This document shows, piece after piece, positions 43,081 through 54,869 of a DNA stretch of 64,000 nt. The position numbers were made by a program, and so were the translations under genes. The stretch's first letter is position 1. Each line of letters begins with the position of its first letter. The DNA comes from Chiloscyllium plagiosum (lineage: Eukaryota). The stretch is from contig NC_057754.1 in the NCBI RefSeq assembly GCF_004010195.1, positions 1,458,709 to 1,522,708 on the forward strand, written 5' to 3'. A model generated the notes under the pieces. The model did no database searches. It was not told the DNA's origin and saw nothing but the letters and a program-made list of their open reading frames with translations.

Positions 43081-45958
43081 TTTCCCTAGTTTTCCTTAAA
43101 CAAAATACTCATTCACTGAGTTCTTTTCATGTTAATAGTTTGTTTAGCTTTTTCTCACTCTGAGAGATGACATTTATTGCTGTGAGTGTGCATGCTCCTG
43201 GTAGTCAACAGGCACAGCTTCTAGTTTTGTTTTTGAGAACTTTATCACAATAGCATTCTCAGTTACAATTGACAAAACCTGGCTCGGGCGAATGCACAGT
43301 TTGATTTTTTTTCTTCCTGATTATAACTGCAGAGAAGGCAGTATCCTGTTACCAAGTGCTCTTTTATTTACTTGTGCACAGTACTGTGGCTGTGGCCAGT
43401 CAGCTTGGAGTCAGTCCCCTGAACTGAGGAGATTCTAAATCCCTGTTAATTTTATAAAACTTTTATCAAATGGTACAAAATACAAACAGTTAACAATACA
43501 TAATAAACAGCAGTTTACAAGTAACAGCGATTTACACTGCACAACCAGTGCACAGGGAAGTCAGGACGAACCTCAAAAAAGGAAATAGTAAACGCAAACA
43601 CATACAAAACAGTCCAATAAACTGAACAGTAAAACAGTGTATACATCACACCCACCCCTGGCAACCTGACAAATCACCTGTCCCTCCCACCTTCCAGCCA
43701 CAAGTCAGTCCATACCAATGCACCACCCAGCCTATGGACTGCCCCGATGCACCTTCTGGCCACCTCTATGACAGCCCATCCCTATACCTCCCTGGGACAA
43801 AGGCACTCAGGCAGCCCACACGTCTTTTGGTCCTTGACATGGCCCTATGCACCTTCTGGCTCTCAGTCTGTCCTAATACACCTTCTGGTCACCTCTAGGC
43901 AAGTCCAGCCTGCCCCTTTCTTGGGGCAATGGTGCTCAGGGGAGCCTACGCACCCTCCGGTTTTCAGGGATACCAGCATCAGGCTGGCCTACTCACCTTC
44001 CTGTATACGGGATGGCCAGCCCAACCTCTCAGGGAGACAGTTTTCAGGAGGACCCGTGAGCCTCCCTGCTCACACGAAGGCCTGCCAGACCTAGGGACAC
44101 ACGAGACAGTGCCGGTGATAAAATCAAACAGCGTGACGGCAGAGTGCACACCTCACAGCAGAGTCCATATCTGACGGCAGAGTCCACTCCAGCATGTAGC
44201 AAATGCTCACTCACAGCACATGCACAGATGTTCAGTATTTACAGAGGCCTGGTCCACCCACAGAGGGCTAGGCCTACTCACAGAAGAACGGTTCACTTGA
44301 TAAGGTGCAGTTGACTGACAAAGGCTCAGTCCAACCACCAAAAAAACATGATAAGCCAGAGTGTAAGGGCTAAGCCCTGCCACAAAACCAGTGTAGTCCT
44401 TTCTCAAAATAAACCAATAAAAAAGGAGTAGCACACAGGCTGCAACAGTTCCCTAGTGAAAACTGATATACAGCAGTTATACATTGACTGTGAAGATCAG
44501 TCTGCTCAGAAATCTGGTACCCCAGCTAGCTCAGAGTCAGTCCCCTGAACTGGGGAGATTCTAAATTTCCTGTTCATATTTTTTTGTTTTTTTTAAAATC
44601 AGTCCTCAATAAAAAGGAATACCAGTTAACAAACTGCCTATATAATTCAGCCAATGAGTTTTGAGAAAGATTTGTAGCTCAGGTTGAGGTTCTGGATGTA
44701 GGTTTGCTCGCTGAGCTGGAAAGTTTGTTTACAGATGTTTTGTCACCATACTAGGTAATTTCATCAGTGAGCCTCCAGATAAAGCACTGATGGTATGTCC
44801 TTCTTTCTACTTATGTGTTTAGGTTTCCTTGGGTTGGTGATGTCATTTCCTGTGGTGACATCGTTTCCTGTGATTGTCATTTCCTGTCCTTTTTCTCAGC
44901 GGGTGGTAAATGGGATCCAAGTCAATGTGTTGTTGATAGAGTTCTGGTTGGAATGCCATGCTTCTGAGAGTTCGAGTGTGTGTCTCTGTTTGGCTTGTCT
45001 TAGGATGGATGTGTCGTCTCAGTCAAAGTGATGTCCTTCCTCATCTGTATGTAAGGATACTAATGAGAGTGGGTCATGTCTCTTTGTGGCTAGTTGATGT
45101 TCATGTATCCTGGTGGCTAGTTTTCTGCCTGTGTCTGGCCAAGGAAACACTGATTACACTATTAGAAGAATCAAAGACACAGACACCAAACATCACCAAC
45201 TTCATCTGCAAGAACAGTATCGTCAAGCTAGTGGACCTATGCCTTACCACACTTCACCTTCAACAACAAAACCTACAGACAAACCAATCGAACACCCATG
45301 GGATCTCCGATATCGGGGTTCTTAGCAGAGGCAGTAATGCAGAGACCCAAACAAACAGCTCTGCCACCAATCCAACCCAAACTTTGGGTCCGCTACGTGG
45401 ATGACACCTTTGTCATCACTAAATGAAACAAATTAGAGGAAACCTTCAAGACCGTCAATAATACCCTTACTTGCGTAAAATTCACTAAAAAAGAGGAAAA
45501 CAACAACAAACTGTCATTCCTAGATGTCGCAGTAGAGCGAATAGCCAATGGGGAACTTCAAACCAGCGTCTACAGGAGAACAACACATACAAGCCAAATA
45601 CTGAACTATAGAAGTAATCATCCCAACATCCACAAACGAAGCTACATTACAACATGATTTCAACGAGCCACCACACATTGCAGCACAGAGGAACTACGAA
45701 GAGCAGAGGAAAATCACCTATACTGTGTATTTTTAAAAAAAACAGGTTCCCAATGAACATAGGCTGCCGATTTCTCAGCAACAAGCCCCGTCCAGAAACC
45801 CTCGCCACTCTCCCGTACATCAAAAGACAGCTTGGAAATGACTGAGACTATTCAGACCTCTTGGCATCATGGTAGGCCACAAACCCACCAACACACTAAA
45901 ACAGCAGCTTATGAACTTGCAAGACTCTGTACAGACAACAAGCAAAACTAATATCATA

Positions 45959-46042
45959 GCGTGTGGGACACGGGGAGCGGGGGGGGACTGTGTGGGACAC
46001 GGGGAGCGGGCAGCGTGTGGGACGCAGGGAGCGGGGACTGTG
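45959..46042 (+). repeat. GC-rich minisatellite (~3 x TGTGGGACACGGGGAGCGGG)
   Basis: Three degenerate tandem units directly upstream of the ZDHHC24 acceptor region. Confidence 0.8.
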
Positions 46043-46112
46043 AGTGTGCTGCTCGGTGATGTCTCTGGTGTTGTGTTTCCCCCCCCACCCCCCCCTCCCT
46101 GCCCCGGGGCAG

Positions 46113-46420
46113 GCCAGGTGAGCCTCTCCGTGTTTTGGTTTGCCTTTGTCGCCGATACCTGCGTGGTTGGCTTCCTGTTTGTGTCGGCCTTCCTCCTGTT
46201 CCACCTGCAGCTCCTGTGGCGTGGACAGACCACCCGCGAGTGGAGCACTGGGCGCCACAGTGTCTACAACCTGGGCTGGCGTCGGAATGTGGAGGAGCTC
46301 CTGGGCAGCCGCTGGTACCTGACCTGGATGTGCCCCCTGGTACCCTCCTCGCTTCCCGGAGACGGTGTGACCTTCCAGATGAGGGAGCTGCCTGCCCACA
46401 AACCCGTCAACTTCTTCTGA
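46113..46420 (+). pseudogene. ZDHHC24: Isolated terminal coding exon of palmitoyltransferase ZDHHC24 (TM4, TTxE, C-terminal motif), ORF intact; upstream DHHC exons not seen
   Basis: C-rich tract + cag|GC CAG GTG: QVSLSVFWFAFVADTCVVGFLFVSAFLLFHLQLLWRGQTTREW...YNLGWRRN...LGSRWYLTWMCPLVPSSLPGDGVTFQ, matching recalled human RVSLAQFALAFVTDTCV...RGQTTWEW...PLPGDGITFQ. Confidence 0.85.
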
Positions 46421-46614
46421 CCCACACCGGCCCATCACCTCTGTGGGTAAGCAGGGGGTGGGGTAACTGGGACTCGGAGACAGGTTGGCACCAGCTCAGC
46501 AGGGGGTCACAGAGCTCAAAGGGACGGGAAGTCTTCGAATTCAAGGACATATCCTCTTCCTCCGTTTGAATAATAGACTCCCTGCAGTGTGGAAACAGGT
46601 CCTCAGCCCCATGG

Positions 46615-46998
46615 GAAGGTCCTGGGGAGTGTTGCTGAACAAAGAGACCTTGGAGTGCGGGGTCATAGCTCCTTGAAAGTGGAGTCGCAGGTAGATAGGA
46701 TAGTGAAGGAGGCGTTTGGTATGGTTTCCGTTATTGGTCAGAGTATTGAGTACAGGAGTTGGGAGGTCATGTTGCGGCTGTACAGGACATTGGTTAGACC
46801 ACTGTTGGAATATTGTGTGCAATTCTGGTCTCCTTCCTATCGGAAAGATGTTGTGAAACTTGAAAGGGTTCAGAAAAGATATACAAGGATGTTGCCAGGG
46901 TTGGAGGGTCTGAGCTACAGGGAGAGGCTGAACAGGCTGGGGTTGTTTTCCCTGGAGCGTCGGAGGCTGAGGGGTGACCTTATAGAGGTTTATAAAAT
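46615..46998 (+). mobile_element. Well-preserved CR1 RT C-terminal fragment within the ZDHHC24 insert
   Basis: Open frame EQRDLGV...IEYRSWEVMLRLYRTLVRPLLEYCVQFWSP...RRLRGDLIEVYK. Confidence 0.9.
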
Positions 46999-47035
46999 GG
47001 ATGTAGGTTTGCTCACTGAGCTGGAAGGTTCACTT

Positions 47036-47075
47036 CCAGACGTTTCGTCACCCTACTGGCTAACATCCTCAGTGG
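47036..47075 (-). ncRNA. Minimal type I hammerhead ribozyme motif (family C, Penelope pLTR)
   Basis: cca-CTGAGGA-T-GTTAGCC-agta-GGGTGAC-GAAA-CG-TC-tgg; degenerate copies at ~47833-47872(+), ~44730-44770(-), ~42770-42810(-). Confidence 0.72.
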
Positions 47076-48339
47076 GCCTCAGGGCAAAGCACTGCTGATA
47101 ATTCCTGCTTTCTATTTATAGGTTTGGGTTTCTTTGGGCTGGTGATGTCATTTCCTGTGGCAGCCCAGAGGAACTACGAAGAGCAGAGGAAAATCACCTG
47201 TACTGTGTATTTAAAAACAAACAGGTTCCCAATGAACATAGGCTGCCGATTTCTCAGCAACAAACCCCGTCCAGAAACCCTCGCCACTCTCCCGTACATC
47301 AAAAGACAGCTTGGAAATGACTGAGACTATTCAGACCTCTTGGCATCATGGTAGGCCACAAACCCACCAACACACTAAAACAGCAGCTTATGAACTTGCA
47401 AGACTCTGTACAGACAACAAGCAAAACTAATATCATTTACAAAATACCTTGCAAGAACTGTAACAAACACTACATTGGACAAACAGGCAGAAAACTAGCC
47501 ACCAGGATACATGAACATCAATTAGCCACAAAAAAAATGACCCACTCCCACTAGTATCCTTTACATACAGATGAGGAAGGACACCACTTTGACTGGGACA
47601 ACACATTGCCTCCTAGGATAAGCCAAACAGAGACACACAAGAATGCCTAGAAGCATGGCACTCCAACCGGAACTCTGTCAACAACACATTGACTGACTTG
47701 GATCCCATTTAACCACCCCCTGAGAAAAAGAACAGGAAATGACATCACCACAGGAAATGGCATCACCAACCCAAGGAAACCTAAACACATAAGTAGAAAA
47801 CGGGCCATACCACTAGTGCTTCATCCGGAGGCTCACTGATGATATTACCTAGTATTGTGACGAAATGTCTGAAAATGAACCTTCCAGTTCAGCGAGCAAA
47901 CCTACATCCATAATTCAGCCAGTTTAGAAATCAGGTTCCCCAACAAAACAGAAACCAGCAGCAGTACACACTGGATGTGGGCAGCCAGCTCGGATTCAGT
48001 CCCCTGAACCGAGGAGATTCTAAATCCCCTGTTAATTTTTTTTAAAAATCCTGACTTTTTTATTAAACAGTACAAAACACAGTTAACAATAAACTGAAAG
48101 CAGCAATTCACAAAAAACCCCACTGTTTACAGGGGGAAAAGGGCAGCAAAGCCAAACCCCAAAGCCCACTGTTCAGCCAGTTTTCAGGGGGATGAGGACA
48201 AACCTCAAATCCCAGTTTCATTTATCACAAAGATAACATTAACCAACAGACAAGGCAGTGCACTTAAATGAGAAACTGTGCATACAACACAGACCCAAAT
48301 AGCTATAAAAAAGGACACCCGACACCCGTGCACACCACA

Positions 48340-49250
48340 TACTGATCCGACTATCCTTGGCTAGCCTTACTGCAAGACAGTCGTTGACCTACTGGTCTTT
48401 GGCCTCCCTGCGTACTGACCAACCCTCCCCAGACCCACTTTCCTCCAGGCTGGTTGTCAACCACCCAGCTCCCAGTCGCGCCATCTACTGATTGGACTAC
48501 CCTGGGCCGCTTTCCTAAGAGCTGGCTGTCGGCCTTCTGGTCTCTGGCCACCCTGCGTACTGGCCGATCCTTCCCAAGCCTGCTTTCCTCCAGGCTGGTC
48601 GTCGACTACCCTGCTCCCAGTTGCCCCGTATACTGATCGAACTACCCGGGCCGCTTTCCCATGAGCTGGCTGTCAGCCTTCTGGTCTCTGGTCGCCCTGT
48701 CTACTGACTGACCCTCCCCAGCATTCTTTCCTCTGGTTGTCGGCCACTGGCTGCTTTCCTACCGTCAGGCTGTTGGCTTTCCAGCACCCTGCTACCTCAT
48801 GTATTGACCCTTTCTGCTGACCAGCTTTCCTACTGTCCAGCTTTCCTACGGACCAGCTCCAGCCTCCCCGTATATTGATCTGTCCTCCATCAGTCGGCCT
48901 TCCTACAGGCTGCCGTTGGTTGCCTGGCTCAGCCTCCCTATGTACTGACTGGCCTGCCCTATACAGGCTTTCCTGGGGGGATGCTATTAGTTGCCTGGCC
49001 CTACCTGCCCTGCATACTGCTAAGCTCCTCCTGGCCTCCTTTCCTCCAGTCTGGTCATTGACCCTCCCACCCCCAGCCAGTCTGTGTACTGGCTGCCCCT
49101 CCCCTGACTAGCTTTCCTATGGGAATACTTTCGGTTGCCTGGTCCCTAGCGATCCTGCATTCTAATAGACACCCCAGCCCGCTTTCCCACAAGGCCGGCC
49201 ATTGATTCTCCAGCTTGTATGTTTTGGCTATCCCACTCTGGCCTGCACTC
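48340..49250. repeat. Degenerate C/T-rich minisatellite
   Basis: Recurrent CCCTGCGTACTG / GCTTTCCT...GGCTG units. Confidence 0.65.
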
Positions 49251-49974
49251 AAAACCAATTAATTTAAAACTCACCTGCTGTAACAGAATTCAAAATCCTC
49301 ACAATACAGTTTCCAGTACGAAGCCAGAGTCCACACCCGAAGGCTAGGATGCAGCAAATGCTCACCTCCCAGCACACAGACCGGTGTTCAGTCTTCATAG
49401 AGGCATGGCCCATCCATAGAGAACCAGGCCCACTCACAGGAACACAGTAGTGTAAAGGTGCAGTTATCTCAGAGGGGTTTGGTCCACTCCCGAACTCCAG
49501 AATGCAGCAATTGCTTACCTCCCAGCACACACACAGGTGTTCAGTCTTTACAGAGGCCGAGTCACCGACAAAGTGCCAGGCCTACACATACAGGAACAGC
49601 TCATCTGGAAAGATGCGGATGCATGACCTGTCCTAACTGCCAATCTTCCTTTCCACCTCTCCGCTCCACCCTCCTCTCTCTGACCTATCACCTTCATCCC
49701 AACTTCTATCCATCTATTGTACTCTTGGCTACCTTCTCCCCAGCCCCACCCCCCTCCCATTTATCTCTCCACCCCAGAGGCTCCCTGCCTTCATTCCTGA
49801 TGAAGGGCTTTTGCCTGCAACATCGATTTTCCTGCTCCTCGGATGCTGCCTGACCTGCTGTGCTTTTCCAGCATCACTCTAATCTAGACAAAATTGACAT
49901 TGTCCTTTTCTCAAAGTAATAGAGAAAAGAGTAACACACAGGCTGTAACCAGCCAGTGAAACAACAGTTCCCTT

Positions 49975-51148
49975 ATGAGAACTTCCAAAAGGCCTTTGAT
50001 AAGGTACCTCATGGGAGGCTGCTGAGTAAGCTGAGGGCCCATGGCGTTCAAGGTGAGCTACTGGCATGGATTGAGGATTGGCTGTCTGACAGAAGGTAGA
50101 GAGTTGGGACAAAAGGTTCTTTTTCAGAATGGCAGCTGGTGACAAATGGTGTCCCGCAGGGTTCAGTGTTGGGACTGCAGCTGTTCACTTTATATATTAA
50201 TGATCTGGATGAAGGGACTGGGGGCATTCAGGGGAAGTTCGCTAATGATACAAAGTTAGGTAGACAGGCAGGTAGTTCTGAGGAGGTGGGGAGGCTGCAG
50301 AAAGATTTAGACAGTTTAGGAGAGTGATCCAAGAAATGGCTGATGAAGTTCAATGTGAGCAAATGTGAGGTCTTGCACATTGGAAAAATGAATACAAGGA
50401 TGGACTATTTTCTAAACGGTGAGAACATTCACAAAGCCAAAGTACAGAGGGATCTGGGAGTACTATTCTAGAATTCTTTGAAGGTTGACTTGCAGGTTGA
50501 GTCCCTGGTTAAGAAAGCAAATGTATCTCAAGAGGGTTGTATTGTAAAAGCAGCGATGTGCTACTGAGACTTTATAAAGCTCTGGTTAGGCCCCATTTAG
50601 AATACTGTGTCCAGTTTTGGACCCCTCACCTCAGGAAGGACATACTGGCACTGGAGCGTGTCCAGTGGAGATTCACACGGATGATCTCTGGAATGGCAGG
50701 CCTAACATATGATGAACGGCTGAGGATCCTGGGATGGTATTCATGAGAGTTTAGAAGGTTGAGGGGAGATCTGATAGAAACTTACAAGATAATGCATGGC
50801 ATAGAAAGGGTGGATGCTGGGAATTTGTTTCCGTTAGGCGGGGATCCTAGGACCTGTGGGCATAGCCTTAGAATTAGAGGGGGTCAATTTAAAACGGAAA
50901 TGAGGAGACATTCCTTCAGCTAGAGAGTGGTGGGCCTGTGAAATTCATTGTCATGGAGCGCAGTGGAGGCGGGGATGTAACATGTCTTCAAGGCAGGGAT
51001 TGATAAATTCTTAATCACGCAAGCAATGAAGGGATATGGGGGGAGTGTGGGTAAGTGGCATTGAAATACCCATCAGCCATGGTGGAGTGGACTCAATGGG
51101 CCAAATGGCCTTACTTCCACTCCTATGTCTGATAGTCTTATGGTCTTA
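49975..51148 (+). mobile_element. CR1 LINE RT and 3' end
   Basis: GVPQGSVLGLQLFTLYINDL; LYKALVRPHLEYCVQFW. Confidence 0.9.
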
Positions 51149-51479
51149 ACTGAGTTACACCTGAAACACATTGACTGTGAAGATCAGGCAGTTTAGAAAT
51201 CAGTCCTCAATAAAAAAGGAATACCAGTTAACAAACAGTTTAGGAATCCGGTTCCGCCAAAAATAACAGAAACCAGCAGCAGTACACATTGGATGTAGTG
51301 TACTGAGGAGATTCTAAATCCGTTAATTTTTAAAAATATTTTCCTCCACATTTGCACCTAACAGTGGTAGTTCTTATATTTTCCCCACCACCAATGATAT
51401 ATGTGTGCAGGTTTGAGATACAGTGAAGAACAGCAAGTGCATAAACTTTTACTTATATTCCACCACCAGAAAGAGAGGA

Positions 51480-53380
51480 AACTATGTTTTCCAGCGTAGT
51501 AAAGGACAACTCCACCCACTCCCCCACTGCCCCAGCCAACTTTGCATACATGTCCTCTATGTGAGGGAGTGGATATTAATCCAGCTTTGAGAAGCTGTTT
51601 ACTGTTTGCTTAAAATCCCCACAAAAACAAACTGAGAAGTCAGGCTTCACAATCGGTACAACTGGTGCTGTCAATTCCGCAAACTGCACTGGTTTGATGA
51701 TTCCTTTGCTCTCAGCCTCCTGATTTCTGCTTCTACTTTTGCCCACAAGGCAAATGGCACTGAGTGGGCCTTACAAAATCGAGGAATTGCCTCCTGGTCA
51801 ATAAGTAAGATAGTTTTGTCTCTTTGATAGTTGCAACTCCTTTCTGAAAAATATCTGGGTATTTCACTAGGACGTCACGAAGCAGCCATTTTCTAATCAA
51901 AAAATGTTGAGCCAATCTAGGTGAACCTTTCTCAACTAATTTTGCCTCAATAGATTTGGACCCTAGCCTCTTACTACCATCAGTGGTAACTGCACTAACC
52001 GCTTCTCATAGGAGACTGGAACTGAAGTCATACCCTTAATTTGCAATGGTTCGCCAGTGTATATTCTCCGTCTGACTGAGGTCTTGCACAGACTTAAGGA
52101 TTGGAGACCCGAGTGAATCTTGTTAAAAACAGATTCTGCAACCACAGATACAGCTGCTCCGGTATTGACCTCCATGGGTGACCATTTATTGAAACATTAA
52201 TTTAATCAGTTCCGTTTTTGATGTCACTAAGCAATTTAATTGTTTCAACCCACATATAGGGGGACCTTCTAGGCTATGCACTCTCCTGGGTATCGGCCTG
52301 TGAGTTTTCTTACTCACGTTCTTGTAGGACTTCTTTACTCTCTCGAGTCTGCATACTGGTGGAAACTACAATGGCTTGCTGACCCAGATCCTGAAGAACA
52401 TTTTAACCGCTTGGCAGAGGCTCAGCTTTGTTGTGAGGTTTTGCTGTGGGCTGTCTTAGGGTCCCTCTGCTCAGGATATGCCCTGTGTGAATGCCTACAG
52501 TCAAGTGGTGCTCCCCAAGCTCAGTTGGACAAGTGATGCTGTCCACTTCCATTGGGATGCCCTGTAGTTCCCATGCTCTACTTGCCACATTTTCTAATGA
52601 CAAAGCCAGTTGCAGTGCATGTTTGAAGTCCTGTTGGGCTTCATCTAATAGATGCTTCTGTATGGTTATGTCATTAATCCCACATACCAAACAGTCTCTT
52701 AGCATCTCATTCATGGTTAATCCAAAATCACAGACCTCTGCTAGTTATCTTAACCTCATCAGAAATCCCAATATGGATTTTCCTGGTTCTCTAACAGCCA
52801 AATAAAATTGACAGCATCTCAGGATTAGTGGAGGTTTGGGGTCATAATATTTGTTAACCAACTCAGTCAACTCCTGGAAGATTTTATTGTCTGGAGCCTC
52901 TGGGAAAGTTAATCCCCTTATAACCAAAAATGCTGCAGGTCTGCAAGTGGTCAGAAGGATTAGTCATTGTTTTTCATCTGCCCCAATATAATTAGCCTGG
53001 GAAAAAAAATTGCATTCTTTCTACATGCTGGGTTCAGTCTTCGATGGCAGGAGCAAATGAGTCAAGCTTCCCAAATAAAAGCACAATGCCAGAAATGATT
53101 ACTCCAAGCTGACTGCTGCAAGTGAGCATCCTTCAGACACATACTGTTTTCTCCGATTGCCATTGAAATAACTGCACAGAGGCCGGTATTGTGCCACCAA
53201 GTCAACCTTTATTTACTTGTACACTAGCTGCAGCCAGCTCCAAGTCAGAACCCGGACTGAGGAGGTTCTAAATCCCCTGTCAATATTGGTCAGTTTCCCT
53301 GGTTGGCCCAGGTTAATAACCCCAAACAAGGACTTCATATTCAATGAGGCCCCGCTGGTTCCAATAATGAAAATTCCTGT
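51480..53380 (-). mobile_element. Gypsy/Ty3 LTR retrotransposon relic (LTR, gag, protease, start of RT)
   Basis: gag-like LRDCLVCGINDITIQKHLL; protease EVNTGAAVSV (DTGA motif); KYPDIF linker; frameshifted and stop-laden; LTR-like ~53165-53380 resembles 43323-43445. Confidence 0.85.
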
Positions 53381-54869
53381 CAATCTTTTTGAACAGTTTG
53401 GAAGTTTAAAAAGAACACCTTTTTTTAAGTTTATCCAACATTCATTGCCTTACTCCCAACAACTATTACTTAAATTTTGTAACCCATGCATTCATATTGC
53501 ACCCTTAACCCTATAAAAGCACTCCTTTTAATCACCATATCCAAATATCAATAAAGCCATCGATCTTTGTTACATACTGTTGTTCCCAGAAGTAATTTGA
53601 AGATGGGTTTCTGAGAAGACAACACGAGGAGGCAAAGTTTGAAATTCCACCTGTGCAATTTGGAGTAGTATTGGAATTCTGCAGTACAGATGCTGACTGT
53701 TTGATCCATCTTACTGGTGCTAACTCTTTAAAAGATCTGATTAATATTGTCTCACATCCTGAACTTTTAATTCCTGTAACCCTTCAGGTTAATCTTCTTC
53801 AAACATCCAGTGTACTTTTTAAAACCATTTATCACTGAGTCACATAGAATACAGATGGCCAAATGTCTGGGTTTAAGAGGGAGTTTTTACAGAATGTCTT
53901 AAATGATGAAAGAGATATATGGAAGGAATTAGACACATTCAAGCAAGGCTAAGGCATTGTCTTCAGTGCAAGAGGTTCACAGTTATTGGTCATGGTTTTC
54001 TATCATTTGCCATTCATTTTTACAATGAAGATTATCATTGTTTGACTACGCTTTAAGCTCTGTGGAATAAATCTCTGAAGACTCTTATTGTCTTCTTGTA
54101 TATCTACAAACAACTTGTGTCCATTAACTAGCAAGGGCAATATAATTTATTTCTTTAAAATGTCAAAATCCAACAAACGATTAAGTTTACTGCCTTCAAA
54201 AATAAAAGCTTTAAAATGAACGTACATTCCCCACTTGTTAACCTCCTCCCAACTGCTCTCAGACAATTTTATAGTTTATGGAAATCAAAAATATTATGTA
54301 CAGCAGTTATATGAGCAGAACACTTGCTCTGAGTCAATTCCTGTTTTTTTTCCTCACATAACAGTTGCTGCTTGTAGCTGCAGTCAAGATGTATCATGTG
54401 TGTCTGAAATGCACCATGCTCACTCACCTCCTGTAGCTCATTTGCAACTGCTCACTGACATCAATCATCCAATTGTCCCTCGGTCAACCGTCTTTCTGCT
54501 TTCCCTAACCTAACCTTTTGCCCTCTAAAAGAGATCTCCGTTGCTTTTCTGTTCTGATCAAGTTATCAAGTACTTACATTTTCTGATGTCAGGTTTTGGA
54601 CTCCTTTTGGCACTTGCAATTTCAAATACATCTTAATTTGTCTTTTGGTCTATGTATTGAATTTTTAACATACTTCTTAGTCTTCACATTTCAAAGACCT
54701 CTAGTTTCCAACTATTAGATCTTTAGTTAGTTAGAGTCATCGTTGTCAAGGTATTTGGGGCATACAGGAAAGTATTGTATTTCAGATTAAGAAGAAACTA
54801 CAAATTTCATCTGTACAAACATCTTTAACTGTATTATTTGCTCCAAAATGTTGGAATAAAATTTCACTG

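Larger units (their letters stand above)
45681..47436 (+). repeat. Direct duplication of ~277 bp of Penelope ORF (45681-45957 and 47161-47436) flanking the ZDHHC24-bearing insert
   Basis: Near-identical by eye; the few differences lie in the first ~105 bp. Confidence 0.92.
44654..47909 (+). mobile_element. Penelope-like retroelement (RT + GIY-YIG) with inverted 5' pseudo-LTR, interrupted by a foreign insertion
   Basis: RT motifs PMGSPISG and WVRYVDDTFV (~45295-45415); GIY-YIG NIIYKIPCKNCNKHYIGQTGRKLATRIHEH (~47430-47520); 44690-45140 is the inverted copy of ~47475-47910; 12-bp TSD ATAATTCAGCCA at 44642-44653 and 47910-47921. Confidence 0.9.
43323..51330. repeat. Tandemly duplicated composite repeat with LTR-like segments, hosting Penelope, CR1 and family B insertions
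   Basis: Motif CTGAGGAGATTCTAAAT recurs at ~43424, 44550, 48010, 51303, 53257; 44400-44640 resembles 49908-49970 plus 51160-51240. Confidence 0.55.
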
